A DNA stretch of 64,000 nt from Corallochytrium limacisporum Hawaii (lineage: Eukaryota; Protista; Pluriformea): contig PDIP01000023.1 of NCBI GenBank assembly GCA_002811645.1, forward strand, positions 110,808 to 174,807. Direction: 5' to 3'. Positions 45,324-56,712 of this stretch are shown here, in pieces. The position numbers were made by a program, and so were the translations under genes. The notes under the pieces are model-generated. The model made no database searches. It was not told the DNA's origin and was given only the letters and a program-made list of their open reading frames with translations. Numbering within the stretch: the stretch's first letter is position 1; each line of letters starts with the position of its first letter.

Positions 45324-47846
45324 ATGCGCGTAGAACAGCCGGAGAACACAGACTTTGATGTCCTCTGCGAAGAGTCAAACGTTGGTCTCCGCTACCGCTC
45401 CGTCGGAACGGAGGTGATAGAGGGTAAATTGTTTTTGGTGCGGGCCTTCATTGAGGACGAATCAGTGTCGAGCTCACCTAAAGAATCTACTGAGGAAGAT
45501 GACTTTGACTTTGCCATGGCACCCCGGGTGGAGGTGTGGATAGTATGGTTGCCTCGTGCGATCGCCAACTACCAGTTTCTCATGCAGAGCCTGAGCGATC
45601 CAGCGCCTAAAAGGGCCATGCAAGGCCAGGATCCGGCACTTGACTATGCAATCTATATTAACCTCCAGGAACTGACTGGAATGCAGCTGCTGAAGGGTGG
45701 CGGCCTGGCCATGTCACGGGTTTGCTTTATTGATTCCAAGGGCATCACGCATGGGCCGCTGCACATGAGAACGACTGCTTTCGGTAATTTGCAGGCGGCT
45801 CTGGCCCTGGTTCCGGTCACACTGATCCCTGCAAGTCATGGAAGCATCGCGGGTGTTGGGTCCCAGCAAACAGACGCAAAGACCTTCCGCATCATAGGCG
45901 CCTCCAATGACGCCCTGCGACGCATGTCTGAGGATGTCGTGACATCTCTTTGGCCGGCACACTTCAACTACGAAGCCGCCATTGCGCGGATGGAGGAAGA
46001 TGCGGAGGATGGCGGTAGCGCTGCGGGTGGGTCACAGCCGAAGCTGAGCCCCCGCTTGGGCCAGACTTCGACCTATGGTCGAGCAGTGGCTAAGGATGTC
46101 GCGACTGGCCTGGACACACTGATGGGAACATTCGCAGACCTAACCACGGGTCTGAGAAAACGACTGTTGGAGCCACAGTTGCCGCATGACCGGCCAGGCG
46201 CACACTATCCGGATGCCCTGCTAGAACGTTCGCAGCAAGTGCAGGGTATGCCGCACTCGCGGATGCTTGAGTTTGTGCCACAGGAAAAGAGCGAGTTGGG
46301 TGACGGCGAGGATTTTGAGGTGATGAACGACGAAAACAGCTGCGCGGCTAATACGGACAATACGGCAGGTACGGTACCGACGACAACGCTGACCGCAGGC
46401 AACAATCCGTCATCGGCCTCAGCTACAGCATCACCGAGGCGGACCACCGAAACCGTGCGTGAGCCAGTGACGGCCGAAGAATGGCAGTCTTGGTTGTGCG
46501 AAACAAGCGGAGCGATCCAAGCTGACCGAGTGCGTGCGTCGTGGCTCCGCCGCGGTGACAACATGAAGCGTATGCTCAACGACATCAAAGGTAAAGAGGA
46601 TGGCAGCGCAACACTCGAGACTTTGTGCTGTCCGTTGCTCTTTCATCACGGCCTCGCGGACGATCGAGCGCGGCAGTGTCTCTGGCCGTACCTTCTTGGT
46701 GTCTTCCAGTGGGACAGTACCGCTGTGGATCGGACGGCAGCAATGGCCAAGGCACGAACAGATTATGCACGCGCGCTAGGTATCGCCCAACGCCTCTTGG
46801 TCGAAGCAGAGAAGCAGGAGGCTGAGCACAACGGCAGTGGTAGCAACTCCATCAACGCCGGAGGAACCAATAGGGAAAGTAACGAAAGTCCAGACAATGT
46901 CCACGATGACATGGTCGACCAAAGGCAGCGCATTGACAAGGATGTCATGCGCACCGATCGGAACCTGCCTCTGTTTGCGGAGGACGGAGGCGAGGGCTTG
47001 ACTGCGATAACTGACGTGCTCCTCGCGTACTGTGGGGCGCACGGAGAGCTGGGGTATGTGCAAGGAATGAGCGACCTTGCGGCCGAATTGGTACAGATTT
47101 CACGCGCAGATGTGAGCGGAGAGATGCCTGTGCCGTTGCGCCTGCTTCCAAAGGACAGGACATTGCCTAGGGCAGATGTTGACGACAATAATATCGTCGA
47201 TGAGAATAGCTGTGGTGACGATGACAAGATCAGTCAACAAAACGCGTCCGCAACTGCGAATGACAGCTCTGAAGAACCTTTGATAGTGGCAATCGGGGAC
47301 GTACACGATGATCGGGATGTTTTCGCATATTCCATGTTCGAGGGACTGATGGCGCGCATGAAGGGCAATTTCCACAAAGAAATGCATGGTATGCACCACC
47401 AGCTGACACAATTAGGTTCCCTCCTGAAGGTCATTGATGTGACGCTCTACGACTACCTCGCTTGTGAGGGTATGAGCGTAATGTTCTTCTGCTTCCGATG
47501 GCTCTTGATCCATTTCAAGCGTGAGCTAGACTTTGATAGTACCAAGATAATGTGGGAGGCCATCTGGTCCTGCCCGTATACACACTCCTTGCACCTCTTT
47601 ATTGCGAGCGGTCTCCTGGACAAGGAAAGGAATGAGATTCTCATCCGTCAACTCAGTCTGGATGGCATTCTGAAACACATAAATAACATGGCCAACCAGA
47701 TTGAACCACGGGAAGCGCTTCGCCTGGCCACCGTTTGTGTGCACATTTTGGCACAAGACCAGGCGGAGAAGGACCCACAGGACTTGCCAGCTGACCTGCA
47801 GGGATTGATCACCCGTCCGCCTCCAGCCATGGCAACAATGGCCTGA
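45324..47846 (+). CDS. TBC-domain Rab GAP, TBC1D15/17 (Gyp7)-like
   Basis: R-finger IDKDVMRTDR, Q-finger GYVQGMSDL, and FFCFRWLLIHFKRE. ATG at 45324. Confidence 0.92.
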   Translation: MRVEQPENTDFDVLCEESNVGLRYRSVGTEVIEGKLFLVRAFIEDESVSSSPKESTEEDDFDFAMAPRVEVWIVWLPRAIANYQFLMQSLSDPAPKRAMQGQDPALDYAIYINLQELTGMQLLKGGGLAMSRVCFIDSKGITHGPLHMRTTAFGNLQAALALVPVTLIPASHGSIAGVGSQQTDAKTFRIIGASNDALRRMSEDVVTSLWPAHFNYEAAIARMEEDAEDGGSAAGGSQPKLSPRLGQTSTYGRAVAKDVATGLDTLMGTFADLTTGLRKRLLEPQLPHDRPGAHYPDALLERSQQVQGMPHSRMLEFVPQEKSELGDGEDFEVMNDENSCAANTDNTAGTVPTTTLTAGNNPSSASATASPRRTTETVREPVTAEEWQSWLCETSGAIQADRVRASWLRRGDNMKRMLNDIKGKEDGSATLETLCCPLLFHHGLADDRARQCLWPYLLGVFQWDSTAVDRTAAMAKARTDYARALGIAQRLLVEAEKQEAEHNGSGSNSINAGGTNRESNESPDNVHDDMVDQRQRIDKDVMRTDRNLPLFAEDGGEGLTAITDVLLAYCGAHGELGYVQGMSDLAAELVQISRADVSGEMPVPLRLLPKDRTLPRADVDDNNIVDENSCGDDDKISQQNASATANDSSEEPLIVAIGDVHDDRDVFAYSMFEGLMARMKGNFHKEMHGMHHQLTQLGSLLKVIDVTLYDYLACEGMSVMFFCFRWLLIHFKRELDFDSTKIMWEAIWSCPYTHSLHLFIASGLLDKERNEILIRQLSLDGILKHINNMANQIEPREALRLATVCVHILAQDQAEKDPQDLPADLQGLITRPPPAMATMA

Positions 47847-47968
47847 ATCCGTGTCTGTGAGATCCGGACATGAATACAATCAGTCTTGCCATGAAAACTA
47901 CGGTAATAATAACATGAAGACAGAGTCAATGACTCGACGAATACAGTAAACTCTGGAAACTAGTGACA

Positions 47969-50710
47969 TTACTTGTGAGAATAGATTCTTGGTGGTAACT
48001 CTTTCAACTTGCGTAAATAATCCCAGAGGCTCTCCGTGGCACTCTTCATTCCCAGGCCCGCATCAGGTACTAACCATGGCATCCCATTGGCATCTTTGTC
48101 GATCGCAAGATAGATCGTCTGCTCTTCCAGTTCATAGTGACCAGGTGCTATCTTCTTGAGCAGTACGGTGACTTGATCGGCCTTAAGGATCTCACGCAGC
48201 ACCCGCGCCACGCGCCGGTCCATAGTATCCAGTGAGCGCAAGGACGATGGGGAAGAAGCGGTGGAGCCCGCGGCCTTGGTGGCTTCGGCTCGAGCCGTCG
48301 CTGCGCCGGCAAGCGCAGAAGGCGGTGGCGTTTGTGCCGCCGCCTTGGGCGGGCTCGATGGCAGCGATTCGTGGCGGGAGGACCTTTGAGTCAGGACCTT
48401 GCGTAGATTTGAAGAATCGTGCGCAGCTAACTGGCGCGGGGTGGACTGTGCCGACGACAGCGCGCTGCTGCCGCCGCCACAAGGACTGTGCCTTGCCTCG
48501 TTCTGAGCGGTACGCATAGTCTCCGCCACCGTCCGTGGACCCCAACTCCTGTGCTCCCACCCCGCACTGCGATTCCCGGCTGGAGTATTTCGCTTCTGTG
48601 ATGACGACGCCGTCCGGACCCTTGCATTCGCGTTCTGCGTGGTGCCGAAGTTAGCGTTATTCTCGCGGAGAAACATTTGCATGAGAGAAAAGACTGCTCC
48701 GAAATACCGGAACACCTCTTTAAGTCGGTCCAGCGGCGATAAGTTTGCCATCTCTGGCCCGAGGCCGTGCTTTGGGTCTATGGAGGGGTGCAGTTGGGCA
48801 CGGAGACTGCGCCAGGCACTGCCGTACTCCTCGGATTGCGACAGATCTTCGACCACTGCTCCGACCGACGAGAAGCAGGCGGCTAGCAGCGGATGCATTG
48901 TCGATGACGACGAAGAACCCTCCCTCGTGTTTACAGCGACCAGTCTCTTCCAGGCTTCAATCGCCGTCAACTGCGAGTCAAGCATGTCAATCTGACTCAC
49001 CACCGCCTCCCTACGCGCTTGCTCTGCCTCCATCCTGCGAAGTGCCTCCGCTGTCTGCGCCCGGGTCTCCGTCAACTCCTCTTCAGTCGTCTCCAGTCTG
49101 CTCGTGAGCACACCAATCGTTTCTCTGTATTTGTCCTCCTCACTGCGCAAACTATCACTACGGCGCTGCAGGTCCTGGAGGAGGGTACCGGTCTCCCTCT
49201 CAGTGTCCGCGACTTTTGCGTAAGCCAAAGCTCGATCAGATTCTGCGGAGGTCAGCCGGTCCAGGAGCTGTGTGCACCGCTGCTCCAGGTTTCTGTTTGT
49301 TTCTTCGAGTAGAGTGATCCTCCCTTGTAGCGACGCTTGCGATTTAGCTGCCTGGATCTGTGCAGTCCCTCGCAAAGTCTCCAGCTCGGCTTTGAGGACG
49401 GCTATCTGCTCCGATCGCTGCGCCTCAGTCGCGACATGCGACATCAGCATGCCATGCAGGTCCTCTACGCGCGCCACCAGTGCGTCTATTTCCATAGTTG
49501 CCTCCTGTAAACGGATATCGCGCGCCTGAAGTTTGCGCAGGAGAGCCTGCGTGTACGATTGCCCCGTGCCTGTGACATTGCGGTAGGCTTCGGCAAGCTC
49601 CTTGTATTTGGTTCTGAGGGAAGCGTAGCGTTCGCGGAGCCCACTGCTTCCTCTCCCCACGGACGCCGAGGAGTACGGCCGTTGCGGCTTCCGCTGGGGC
49701 TGGGCCGACGGATGTAACCGATGGTCCTCAACTGGTGCACCCACTATCGATGAGTTGGGTGGCAGACTGTTGTACGCTGCGGAGAGGTCACGAACGGTAT
49801 CAAGGGCCTTGAGCTTGTTCTGTAACTCCCAATGCTCTGCAGATTCCGGCCGTTGCGGCGATGAGTGAGACCGTGACGGACTGTGTGACCCATGATGCTG
49901 CTCGTCGATGGCTTGTCTATGATCGTAGGTGTAGTTCACTTCGCAGTCTGTTATTGACACAATTTCACTGTCGTTTTCGCTCAGATTCGATGGCTGGATG
50001 ATGCGCTCACACCTATTTGTTCCACCGGAGTATCGACTACGATTCTGCTGCTGAGGCATCTGGCTGCGACCTGCTGCACTGTGGCTTGTAAAACTCCCAC
50101 TCATTCCACCACTACGTCCGCCAAATTGGTGCAGGTTCTGACTGTGGCTTAGTTGGGTCTTGACATTGGCGATATCCATGTCACGTTTCCGTACCTGGTC
50201 CGCCAGCATCAGCGATTGCTCCTGGGTATCTCGAAAGACGGATTCCAGCCTTCTGATTTGGTCCGCCAGGTCTTGCATGCCCAGACTGTGTTGCTCTCGG
50301 TCCTGATCTCGATGTCGCTCCAGTGTGAGGACCTTGCGTTCCATCTCCATTCGTTCCTTCTCCGCTTCACTAGCTGTGCGATGAGCCCTCTCTTGTCGCC
50401 GTGCCAGTTCGTCTCTACCTCGTTTGAGATCGCTCATATACTCGCGCAATTCGCTGTGTTCTCTTTTGCTGTGCTCCAGTTGTGTACGCAAATGCCGTGC
50501 TTCTGCCGCCGCTGAATGATGTTCCTGCCGCTTACGATGCAGTGCCTCCTTGGTTGCGACCAGATTCTTGGCCATGCACCGAAGTCGCTTAACCGCCACT
50601 CGATCGATGCCTTTGCTATTGGCTTGCGTGTCATTGTTACGCTCTTTGGTTGGCTCCACAAAACTAGCAGCTGATCTTGGCGCTGTGGATGCGCCGCTGC
50701 TGATGGGCAT
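47969..50710 (-). CDS. Long coiled-coil protein with C-terminal GAR (GAS2)-like domain
   Basis: 913-aa ORF with heptad-rich regions. The C-terminus LKKIAPGHYELEEQTIYL...LV..G.G...ESLWDYLRK resembles a GAR domain. Confidence 0.7.
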   Translation of the reverse strand: MPISSGASTAPRSAASFVEPTKERNNDTQANSKGIDRVAVKRLRCMAKNLVATKEALHRKRQEHHSAAAEARHLRTQLEHSKREHSELREYMSDLKRGRDELARRQERAHRTASEAEKERMEMERKVLTLERHRDQDREQHSLGMQDLADQIRRLESVFRDTQEQSLMLADQVRKRDMDIANVKTQLSHSQNLHQFGGRSGGMSGSFTSHSAAGRSQMPQQQNRSRYSGGTNRCERIIQPSNLSENDSEIVSITDCEVNYTYDHRQAIDEQHHGSHSPSRSHSSPQRPESAEHWELQNKLKALDTVRDLSAAYNSLPPNSSIVGAPVEDHRLHPSAQPQRKPQRPYSSASVGRGSSGLRERYASLRTKYKELAEAYRNVTGTGQSYTQALLRKLQARDIRLQEATMEIDALVARVEDLHGMLMSHVATEAQRSEQIAVLKAELETLRGTAQIQAAKSQASLQGRITLLEETNRNLEQRCTQLLDRLTSAESDRALAYAKVADTERETGTLLQDLQRRSDSLRSEEDKYRETIGVLTSRLETTEEELTETRAQTAEALRRMEAEQARREAVVSQIDMLDSQLTAIEAWKRLVAVNTREGSSSSSTMHPLLAACFSSVGAVVEDLSQSEEYGSAWRSLRAQLHPSIDPKHGLGPEMANLSPLDRLKEVFRYFGAVFSLMQMFLRENNANFGTTQNANARVRTASSSQKRNTPAGNRSAGWEHRSWGPRTVAETMRTAQNEARHSPCGGGSSALSSAQSTPRQLAAHDSSNLRKVLTQRSSRHESLPSSPPKAAAQTPPPSALAGAATARAEATKAAGSTASSPSSLRSLDTMDRRVARVLREILKADQVTVLLKKIAPGHYELEEQTIYLAIDKDANGMPWLVPDAGLGMKSATESLWDYLRKLKELPPRIYSHK

Positions 50711-51253
50711 GGCTTTCTTACCCGAGTATGTGTAGTTGTGAAATTCCAGTCCTCCGGAAGTTTAAGTCATTTCAAAGCGGCTCGAGCGGCCACTCATGTC
50801 TATCTGAGGTGATCTACAACTCATTACAATTGTCTTTGTACCCCTCACATGGTGAGTTCAAGAAATCTGAATGCCTTCGCAATATCCAGTCGTTTCTGAC
50901 GTGACGCTCTCTGACATAGGTTATCATCTGGCCATGGCCACCGCTGTATCATGTCCACCGACCGCTCCTGCACTGCTGGCGCGTCCCTACGGGAGCCCGG
51001 CAGGCTCCAGCCAGCGCTCGCGGGAGAGAGAGGGAGGGCCGGGTAAAGTCTCTCGCTGTGATCTCTACGACAAAGACCGCCCATAGAAAACTCGGGGCCG
51101 AATTTCCCCGCGCCAAGAATTTAAAAAACGATGGAATGGAGCAGTGTGTTTGCTGCCCCGCTGTGGAGCAAAGTACCACGGTACAATGGAATAGCTGATA
51201 AGTCTTTATTTTACATGTGTTGCATTGATTGCAACAAGTAGGGCTGGTTGGAC

Positions 51254-54200
51254 TCAAGGTGAAGCCGATGCATCCAGGACCTTCTGCAGTACTTCCCCTT
51301 GTTGTGTTCTGCGCTTAGTTACGTGCTCGTAGTATTCCATGGTTCCCAAAAAGCGGCTGTCGTTCAGATCCCACCAGGAACGGTAGGCACTCCGCATGCG
51401 AGCACTGCCCACGTCTACCCAATGGTCACGGCTCCACTCGCTGAAGCCCATTGCCTCCGCCAGTTTCATCCACATGTTCACAAGCGCTAGTTGGTTCACA
51501 CTCTCACGACCCTGGCGATAGAAATAGTACACAAAGATAGCGAGCGTTTCACGGTGCGGTTGCAATCCCTCGCCATGCAAGTGAGTTGCCTCAAAGAGGC
51601 GGACGGCGGCGCCGATGCGCTCCGAACGCTCGTTGTCGTGAAGTAGGTATGCAAGGTAGTCACAGAGCCATTCTTCCGGGTTGTCAACGGCATCTTCATT
51701 CGTGCGGTGGGCAAAGGTGCCCACTTGGCCCATGCGCTGGAGAAGGATGGTGACATCGTAGCTGTAACCCTGCTGCAGCAATTCGGTCAGTGTGTCAGCC
51801 ATTGTGGCGCTCCACACAAGGGGCGGCAGCTTCTCATGCGGTTCAATAAATTCCTCCTCCTTGCGGTCGGGCTCATTGACATGGCCTCCTATTCTGTCCA
51901 ATATGGCGCGCAGGAAGAGAAGAGGTTTGCGACTGAGTCGTACCTGTTCCTCCTCAATATCTTCGTTGACAATGCTCTGATAGGTGAAGAGAGTGGCATC
52001 CTGATTCAATTGCAAGGCGTGTTTGAAGAAAGCATCGTAAAGTTCCGGACTGACGTGGCCCATAGGCTCCGATGCTAACCAAGACAGAATCTCCCAGTAC
52101 TGGTCCGCCTCTCGGAAACTATAGATATGAGTCCGCATGCGATCCTCGTAAATGCGAGCCGCACTGTTCACCAGTGTGAGAAGAGAGCCCTCATCAGGAA
52201 GCAGGCCACAGGAAATGCAGGAATAGAGGATGTCCAGGGCGTTCGCATCCTGGCCGATGTAGGACTTACAAGGACGGACTAATTCACCGACAATCTGACG
52301 CAGTTGTTTTGCCTCGCTGTGTTGGATTGGCAGTGGCTGGGCCACGTAGACCATGGGCAAGTACTGTGTGACCATAGGCCGTTCCAGAAGATCAGTGGTT
52401 CCAACGCGATTCTTTCCCAGCGCTGTCATACGGCAGTGATTATATGCAGCGTTGACCATCAGGCTGCACAGTGCTTCGTTGACTACCAACTTCTGCTCCG
52501 TGCTCAGAGTATTAGAAGCCATTTTCATTGCCATTAGGTAGTTCATGAGATCAGGAAACGAAACGCTATTGAACGACTTCACAAAATTTGAGACGGACCA
52601 CAATGGCTGCTGGCTGGATGCCGGGGTGGATCCCGATTGACCATGTTCAAACTGACCGATCTCCGAAGAGAAAATGTACAACAAATGTTTGGTCAGTGCG
52701 TACAGCTGTCGCAAGTTATGCTCACTATTCCCGGGATCGTTGAGCATGGCGGACAAGATATTCAGGTCGGATGCTTCAAAGCCCTCGATAAGGACTCCCG
52801 TGAGTTGTCGCGCAGGTCCCTTCAATGACGTTTCGGACGTGAAACTGTGCATCGCTGCTAACATTTTCATTTGGTCCGGCCGAGCCAGACTGGCACTCGT
52901 AGCCTCTCCAACAATACGAACCAAATGGAAGTGCATTGCCTTCTCCCATGAATCTTTCGTTCCTGCGTGGGCATGGATCATTTGCCTGAGGATCACGTCT
53001 ATGTTTGAGGTGTACGTCCTGACACGACCAAGTACAGCCAAAAACGAAGGTGCATGAAGGGAGAGCGGTATCTGCGAAACAACCTCTTGCGCAGTACTCG
53101 AGGACACAGGCTGCACCTGGTTCACTAAGCTCATGACGGATTCAATGTGCCTGATTAGTTTAACTTGTCCCTTCCCTGTGCGCTCCGCCAGGTCTTTACC
53201 TAAGGCCCATTCGTGAGCAAGAAAGAGATTGCTGAATCGTGGAAACGTTTTCAGACGCTGAAACACTGCATGATTCTTATCCAACCCGTTAAGGGGTCCG
53301 GCGAGCATTGCAGGCAGCTGGGCCTCCGAGATGCCCAGAATTTCAATGCCTGTGCGCATCGCCGGATCAAAGAATGTATCCAGGATCTTTGCACGGAAGT
53401 GAAGAGCCCTCTCGTCTACGGTTGCGGGCAACTCTCTCAAAGAAGACATGATACCAGTAATGAACGCTCGTGGCAAGCCTTGGCTCTCAGCTTCACGCAC
53501 CAGATGATCATATATAATTTGAAGAGCAGTGTTCGGCTCGTGCTCTGTCTGATCATTCTTCTGGCCTGTACTCAATACAGGCCATCCAGCGCGATCCATG
53601 ATGGTCACAAAGTCATGCCCAGCAGATTTCGCGTATACTGGAGACTCTGCGATGACGTTGTGTCCAACGCTTTCCATTCGAGCAAGATATTTCTTGTACC
53701 ACCTTTGCAAGATGCTAAGTGCCCCTGCCTCAGTGTCCATGCCCCGGATATTCTCCAACCATGCTGCTAGGCCGTTCGGAAGGTCGAGCAAAGCCTGTGG
53801 AGACAACAGCTCATTGAAGCGCAACATGAGATCCTGATGACCCTGCCTGGCCATGGTACGAACCACTTCGGTTTGTACTTCTTTCGACACAGGATCATCA
53901 GTGCTGAGATATTTCTGACTGACGTACCTGGCCATCTTGTGCACAGTTCTTTCACGCTGTGGATCATGCTCCGGAATACAGCGGAGTGTCGATCGAATCC
54001 ATGTCTGCAACAGGTTTAAATTGTACTCCTGGGCAGAGTTGAACATGTACTCGCCGTCTTGGTCCAATTGCGCCTTCTCTAGCATGAAATTGTGACGGAG
54101 TCTGGCAGCCCTGTTATTGTCAACTGATAGGAGCGCTTTACTGAGCCTCGCAGCTGCTTCATCGTTCCTACACCGTACCATCTGGTCTATTGTAGCCAGA

Positions 54201-55972
54201 CCCAATGGCATGACATCTTCGTATGGCAGGAACCGGCCTTCACACTCGTCCAGATTCCGAGTGACCATGGAACGAACCGTAGGCAGCTCTTTGGCTGTAA
54301 CCGTGTACAATGCTTTCGCTGTGGCCCTGTCTCCCTCATCTGAATAGCCCCATCGGAACTGGTGCCGTGCGTAGAACATCAACGGGTGAGAATTTATGTG
54401 AGACCAGCTGGCATCCTTGTTGTGGATTTCATTCCAGGTGTGGGATATAACCGCAGCTGCCCCTTTCGAATCTACAATATCTAGCGCATCCGGAACCCAC
54501 TGAATCCACTCCCGATATCCTCGAGCCATGACGGCGCTTGTTTTGAAAACAATTCTGGCTGCTGTTTTGTGATCCTCCACTGTAAACTGAGGATTAGTAA
54601 GTTCACCACGCATGGCTTGCTGGTGCTGTAAAATCATGGCATAGAATTTTGAGTGAATGGCCGGGTCGGGATAGTTAGGGTTGAATACACCCCAGTAGAG
54701 CTTTCGCTTCATGATGAAGTCGATTAAGTAATTCGTGCCTTCTATCGTGGACAAATCCACCTGCTGTTCCTGCAACAGAGCACGGCTGTGTGCGAGCGCC
54801 AGACGACCTGTGTAGATGTCATCCGAATTCGTTAAGTAACCCTTGCATGCTTCAATCTGTCTCACTATGGCGTCTCCTCCCATACGATTCTGAACCGACA
54901 GTTCTAGCAGGAGCAAATCAATGTTTCGGGTGACCCTCGAAAGTTCTCCCGTATCCACCCAAGCATTTCTCACTCTTTCCATTTCCTCAAATACCCTGGT
55001 GACAGCTGCAATATTTCCATCATCGAGTTCGCTTGCTATTGCTGAATACCACCCCTCTTGGAGCTTTGATCGCATTTGCAGTGCAACTGACTCCATTCCC
55101 GGATAGTAACTTTGGGCCATCATGAGCCAGCTGTCTGCCATGGCCTGTGACGGTGCCTTTGAGGCGGTTGCAGTGCCCATAATCTGGAAAGCAGTGTCCA
55201 ACCTGCCTATCATGGCATAGTTGTAAGCTACCATGGGCAGCAGATCGGTTGTGTAGAAGGGATCCCACCCCAAGTATTCATCCAAGCATGTCTCCATGGC
55301 CTCGACGGACCCGAGTTTCCACGTTGTGCTCATGATTCCCTTCATCATTTCCAAGGGAATAAAGATGTGGTGACGATGGTACAGCTCCTCCAATAACTCC
55401 TGTCCACACCGTGAGGTCGTTTTGGTGCTGTGGAGGAGATCTGCATAGCGAATCCATATCGTATACACACCCTCTGGAACGGACCTCATATCAGCAAACA
55501 GACTCTGTGCCACCTGGAGTGCATCGTTCCGCTGACCTTCCTGGTTGACTAAATTGAAGAGGGCGCGGGAGACAACATCCTCCCGAAACTCGTGCCGCTC
55601 TCGCCATAAATGTAAACCTTTCAGCCATTCCAAACGCTGGTCCAATTCTTGTGGCGTGCGGATTAATCCAATACCCTCCGTGGCCTTGAACACGCTCTGC
55701 AGACGCAGTGCCTCATCATGGAGGCCGCTCATCCGTCGGTATTTCTTCTCTCCATACTCCACACGCTTTGGTTTCGACAGTCGCTTATTCACAACGTTGG
55801 GATCGCTCACTTTCCATCGTCCCTCTACCCTAGATTTTAACACATCATCCTCTTCCTCCGCCTTTGTTTTTAGGAGACGTATCATTAATGCGGGGGTCGG
55901 CCGGACCCGCCGGACCGGACCGATGATCCTTTGGACCACCAGCCGCTGGTGACCACCACTGACCAGAGACAT
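51254..55972 (-). CDS. Large (1572 aa) probably mitochondrial alpha-helical repeat protein (PPR-like?), function unknown
   Basis: Long uninterrupted ORF with an Arg-rich presequence and helix-pair patterns (e.g. VAYNYAMIGRLDTAFQIMGT, IAAVTRVFEEMER). Confidence 0.75.
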   Translation of the reverse strand: MSLVSGGHQRLVVQRIIGPVRRVRPTPALMIRLLKTKAEEEDDVLKSRVEGRWKVSDPNVVNKRLSKPKRVEYGEKKYRRMSGLHDEALRLQSVFKATEGIGLIRTPQELDQRLEWLKGLHLWRERHEFREDVVSRALFNLVNQEGQRNDALQVAQSLFADMRSVPEGVYTIWIRYADLLHSTKTTSRCGQELLEELYHRHHIFIPLEMMKGIMSTTWKLGSVEAMETCLDEYLGWDPFYTTDLLPMVAYNYAMIGRLDTAFQIMGTATASKAPSQAMADSWLMMAQSYYPGMESVALQMRSKLQEGWYSAIASELDDGNIAAVTRVFEEMERVRNAWVDTGELSRVTRNIDLLLLELSVQNRMGGDAIVRQIEACKGYLTNSDDIYTGRLALAHSRALLQEQQVDLSTIEGTNYLIDFIMKRKLYWGVFNPNYPDPAIHSKFYAMILQHQQAMRGELTNPQFTVEDHKTAARIVFKTSAVMARGYREWIQWVPDALDIVDSKGAAAVISHTWNEIHNKDASWSHINSHPLMFYARHQFRWGYSDEGDRATAKALYTVTAKELPTVRSMVTRNLDECEGRFLPYEDVMPLGLATIDQMVRCRNDEAAARLSKALLSVDNNRAARLRHNFMLEKAQLDQDGEYMFNSAQEYNLNLLQTWIRSTLRCIPEHDPQRERTVHKMARYVSQKYLSTDDPVSKEVQTEVVRTMARQGHQDLMLRFNELLSPQALLDLPNGLAAWLENIRGMDTEAGALSILQRWYKKYLARMESVGHNVIAESPVYAKSAGHDFVTIMDRAGWPVLSTGQKNDQTEHEPNTALQIIYDHLVREAESQGLPRAFITGIMSSLRELPATVDERALHFRAKILDTFFDPAMRTGIEILGISEAQLPAMLAGPLNGLDKNHAVFQRLKTFPRFSNLFLAHEWALGKDLAERTGKGQVKLIRHIESVMSLVNQVQPVSSSTAQEVVSQIPLSLHAPSFLAVLGRVRTYTSNIDVILRQMIHAHAGTKDSWEKAMHFHLVRIVGEATSASLARPDQMKMLAAMHSFTSETSLKGPARQLTGVLIEGFEASDLNILSAMLNDPGNSEHNLRQLYALTKHLLYIFSSEIGQFEHGQSGSTPASSQQPLWSVSNFVKSFNSVSFPDLMNYLMAMKMASNTLSTEQKLVVNEALCSLMVNAAYNHCRMTALGKNRVGTTDLLERPMVTQYLPMVYVAQPLPIQHSEAKQLRQIVGELVRPCKSYIGQDANALDILYSCISCGLLPDEGSLLTLVNSAARIYEDRMRTHIYSFREADQYWEILSWLASEPMGHVSPELYDAFFKHALQLNQDATLFTYQSIVNEDIEEEQVRLSRKPLLFLRAILDRIGGHVNEPDRKEEEFIEPHEKLPPLVWSATMADTLTELLQQGYSYDVTILLQRMGQVGTFAHRTNEDAVDNPEEWLCDYLAYLLHDNERSERIGAAVRLFEATHLHGEGLQPHRETLAIFVYYFYRQGRESVNQLALVNMWMKLAEAMGFSEWSRDHWVDVGSARMRSAYRSWWDLNDSRFLGTMEYYEHVTKRRTQQGEVLQKVLDASASP

Positions 55973-56712
55973 CTTTATCTCTGCCCAATTTGTTACGCTT
56001 GATTAACCAGGTGTTCAATAGTTACCTGAATTCTACATTTCAAGAATAGATCCCGTGAAGACTCACATAGTCTCCACCTGATAAATCTTTGTGCGCAGCC
56101 TATGGGCCTTCCATTGTCCCTCTAATCGTGTTGAACGCTTGTCACTGTCAACCCGCACTTGACGCACAAAGCGTAATCGGTTCTGTTTCACCTCGAATAT
56201 ACATTCATGATCGGTTGCTGATGGGTGATGTGCCTCAAATAGTCACGGCAAGACTAACACCAGCCAAATGGTCCGCACGTGAAATCTTGACCAGCAGTCC
56301 CTCTCCCTCCTTTCTCTACCGCTCTCTTGCTGAGAGCGCCAGGGACCGCTCATTTGTCACCAACCGTTTCGGAGGCAATCCACGCTCACCGCGCGGTGGG
56401 TTGATGGTGAAGCCTATCAAAGCCGTTCCATGGGTGGGTTCCGACAGCACGCAACCCCGTGGGGGGGGGGCCTTCGGGCTGAGGGATGGGTTTGCTGCCG
56501 GTCGCAGTGCCGTATCATGATTTGGAAATCGAGTGGACTTTGGTTGTTTGGGTCGTTCCATTCTCTTTATTTCGTTTTCAGTGGTTGGTGTCTCTCTTTC
56601 CTTGTTAGCAATGGTACTTTCGATACTGTGGCGACGGTCCAAAATCAGACATTGACACAAGTTTCGGGATATCCATCATACAAAGCAGACTGAACAGAAG
56701 CCTTACACGACC

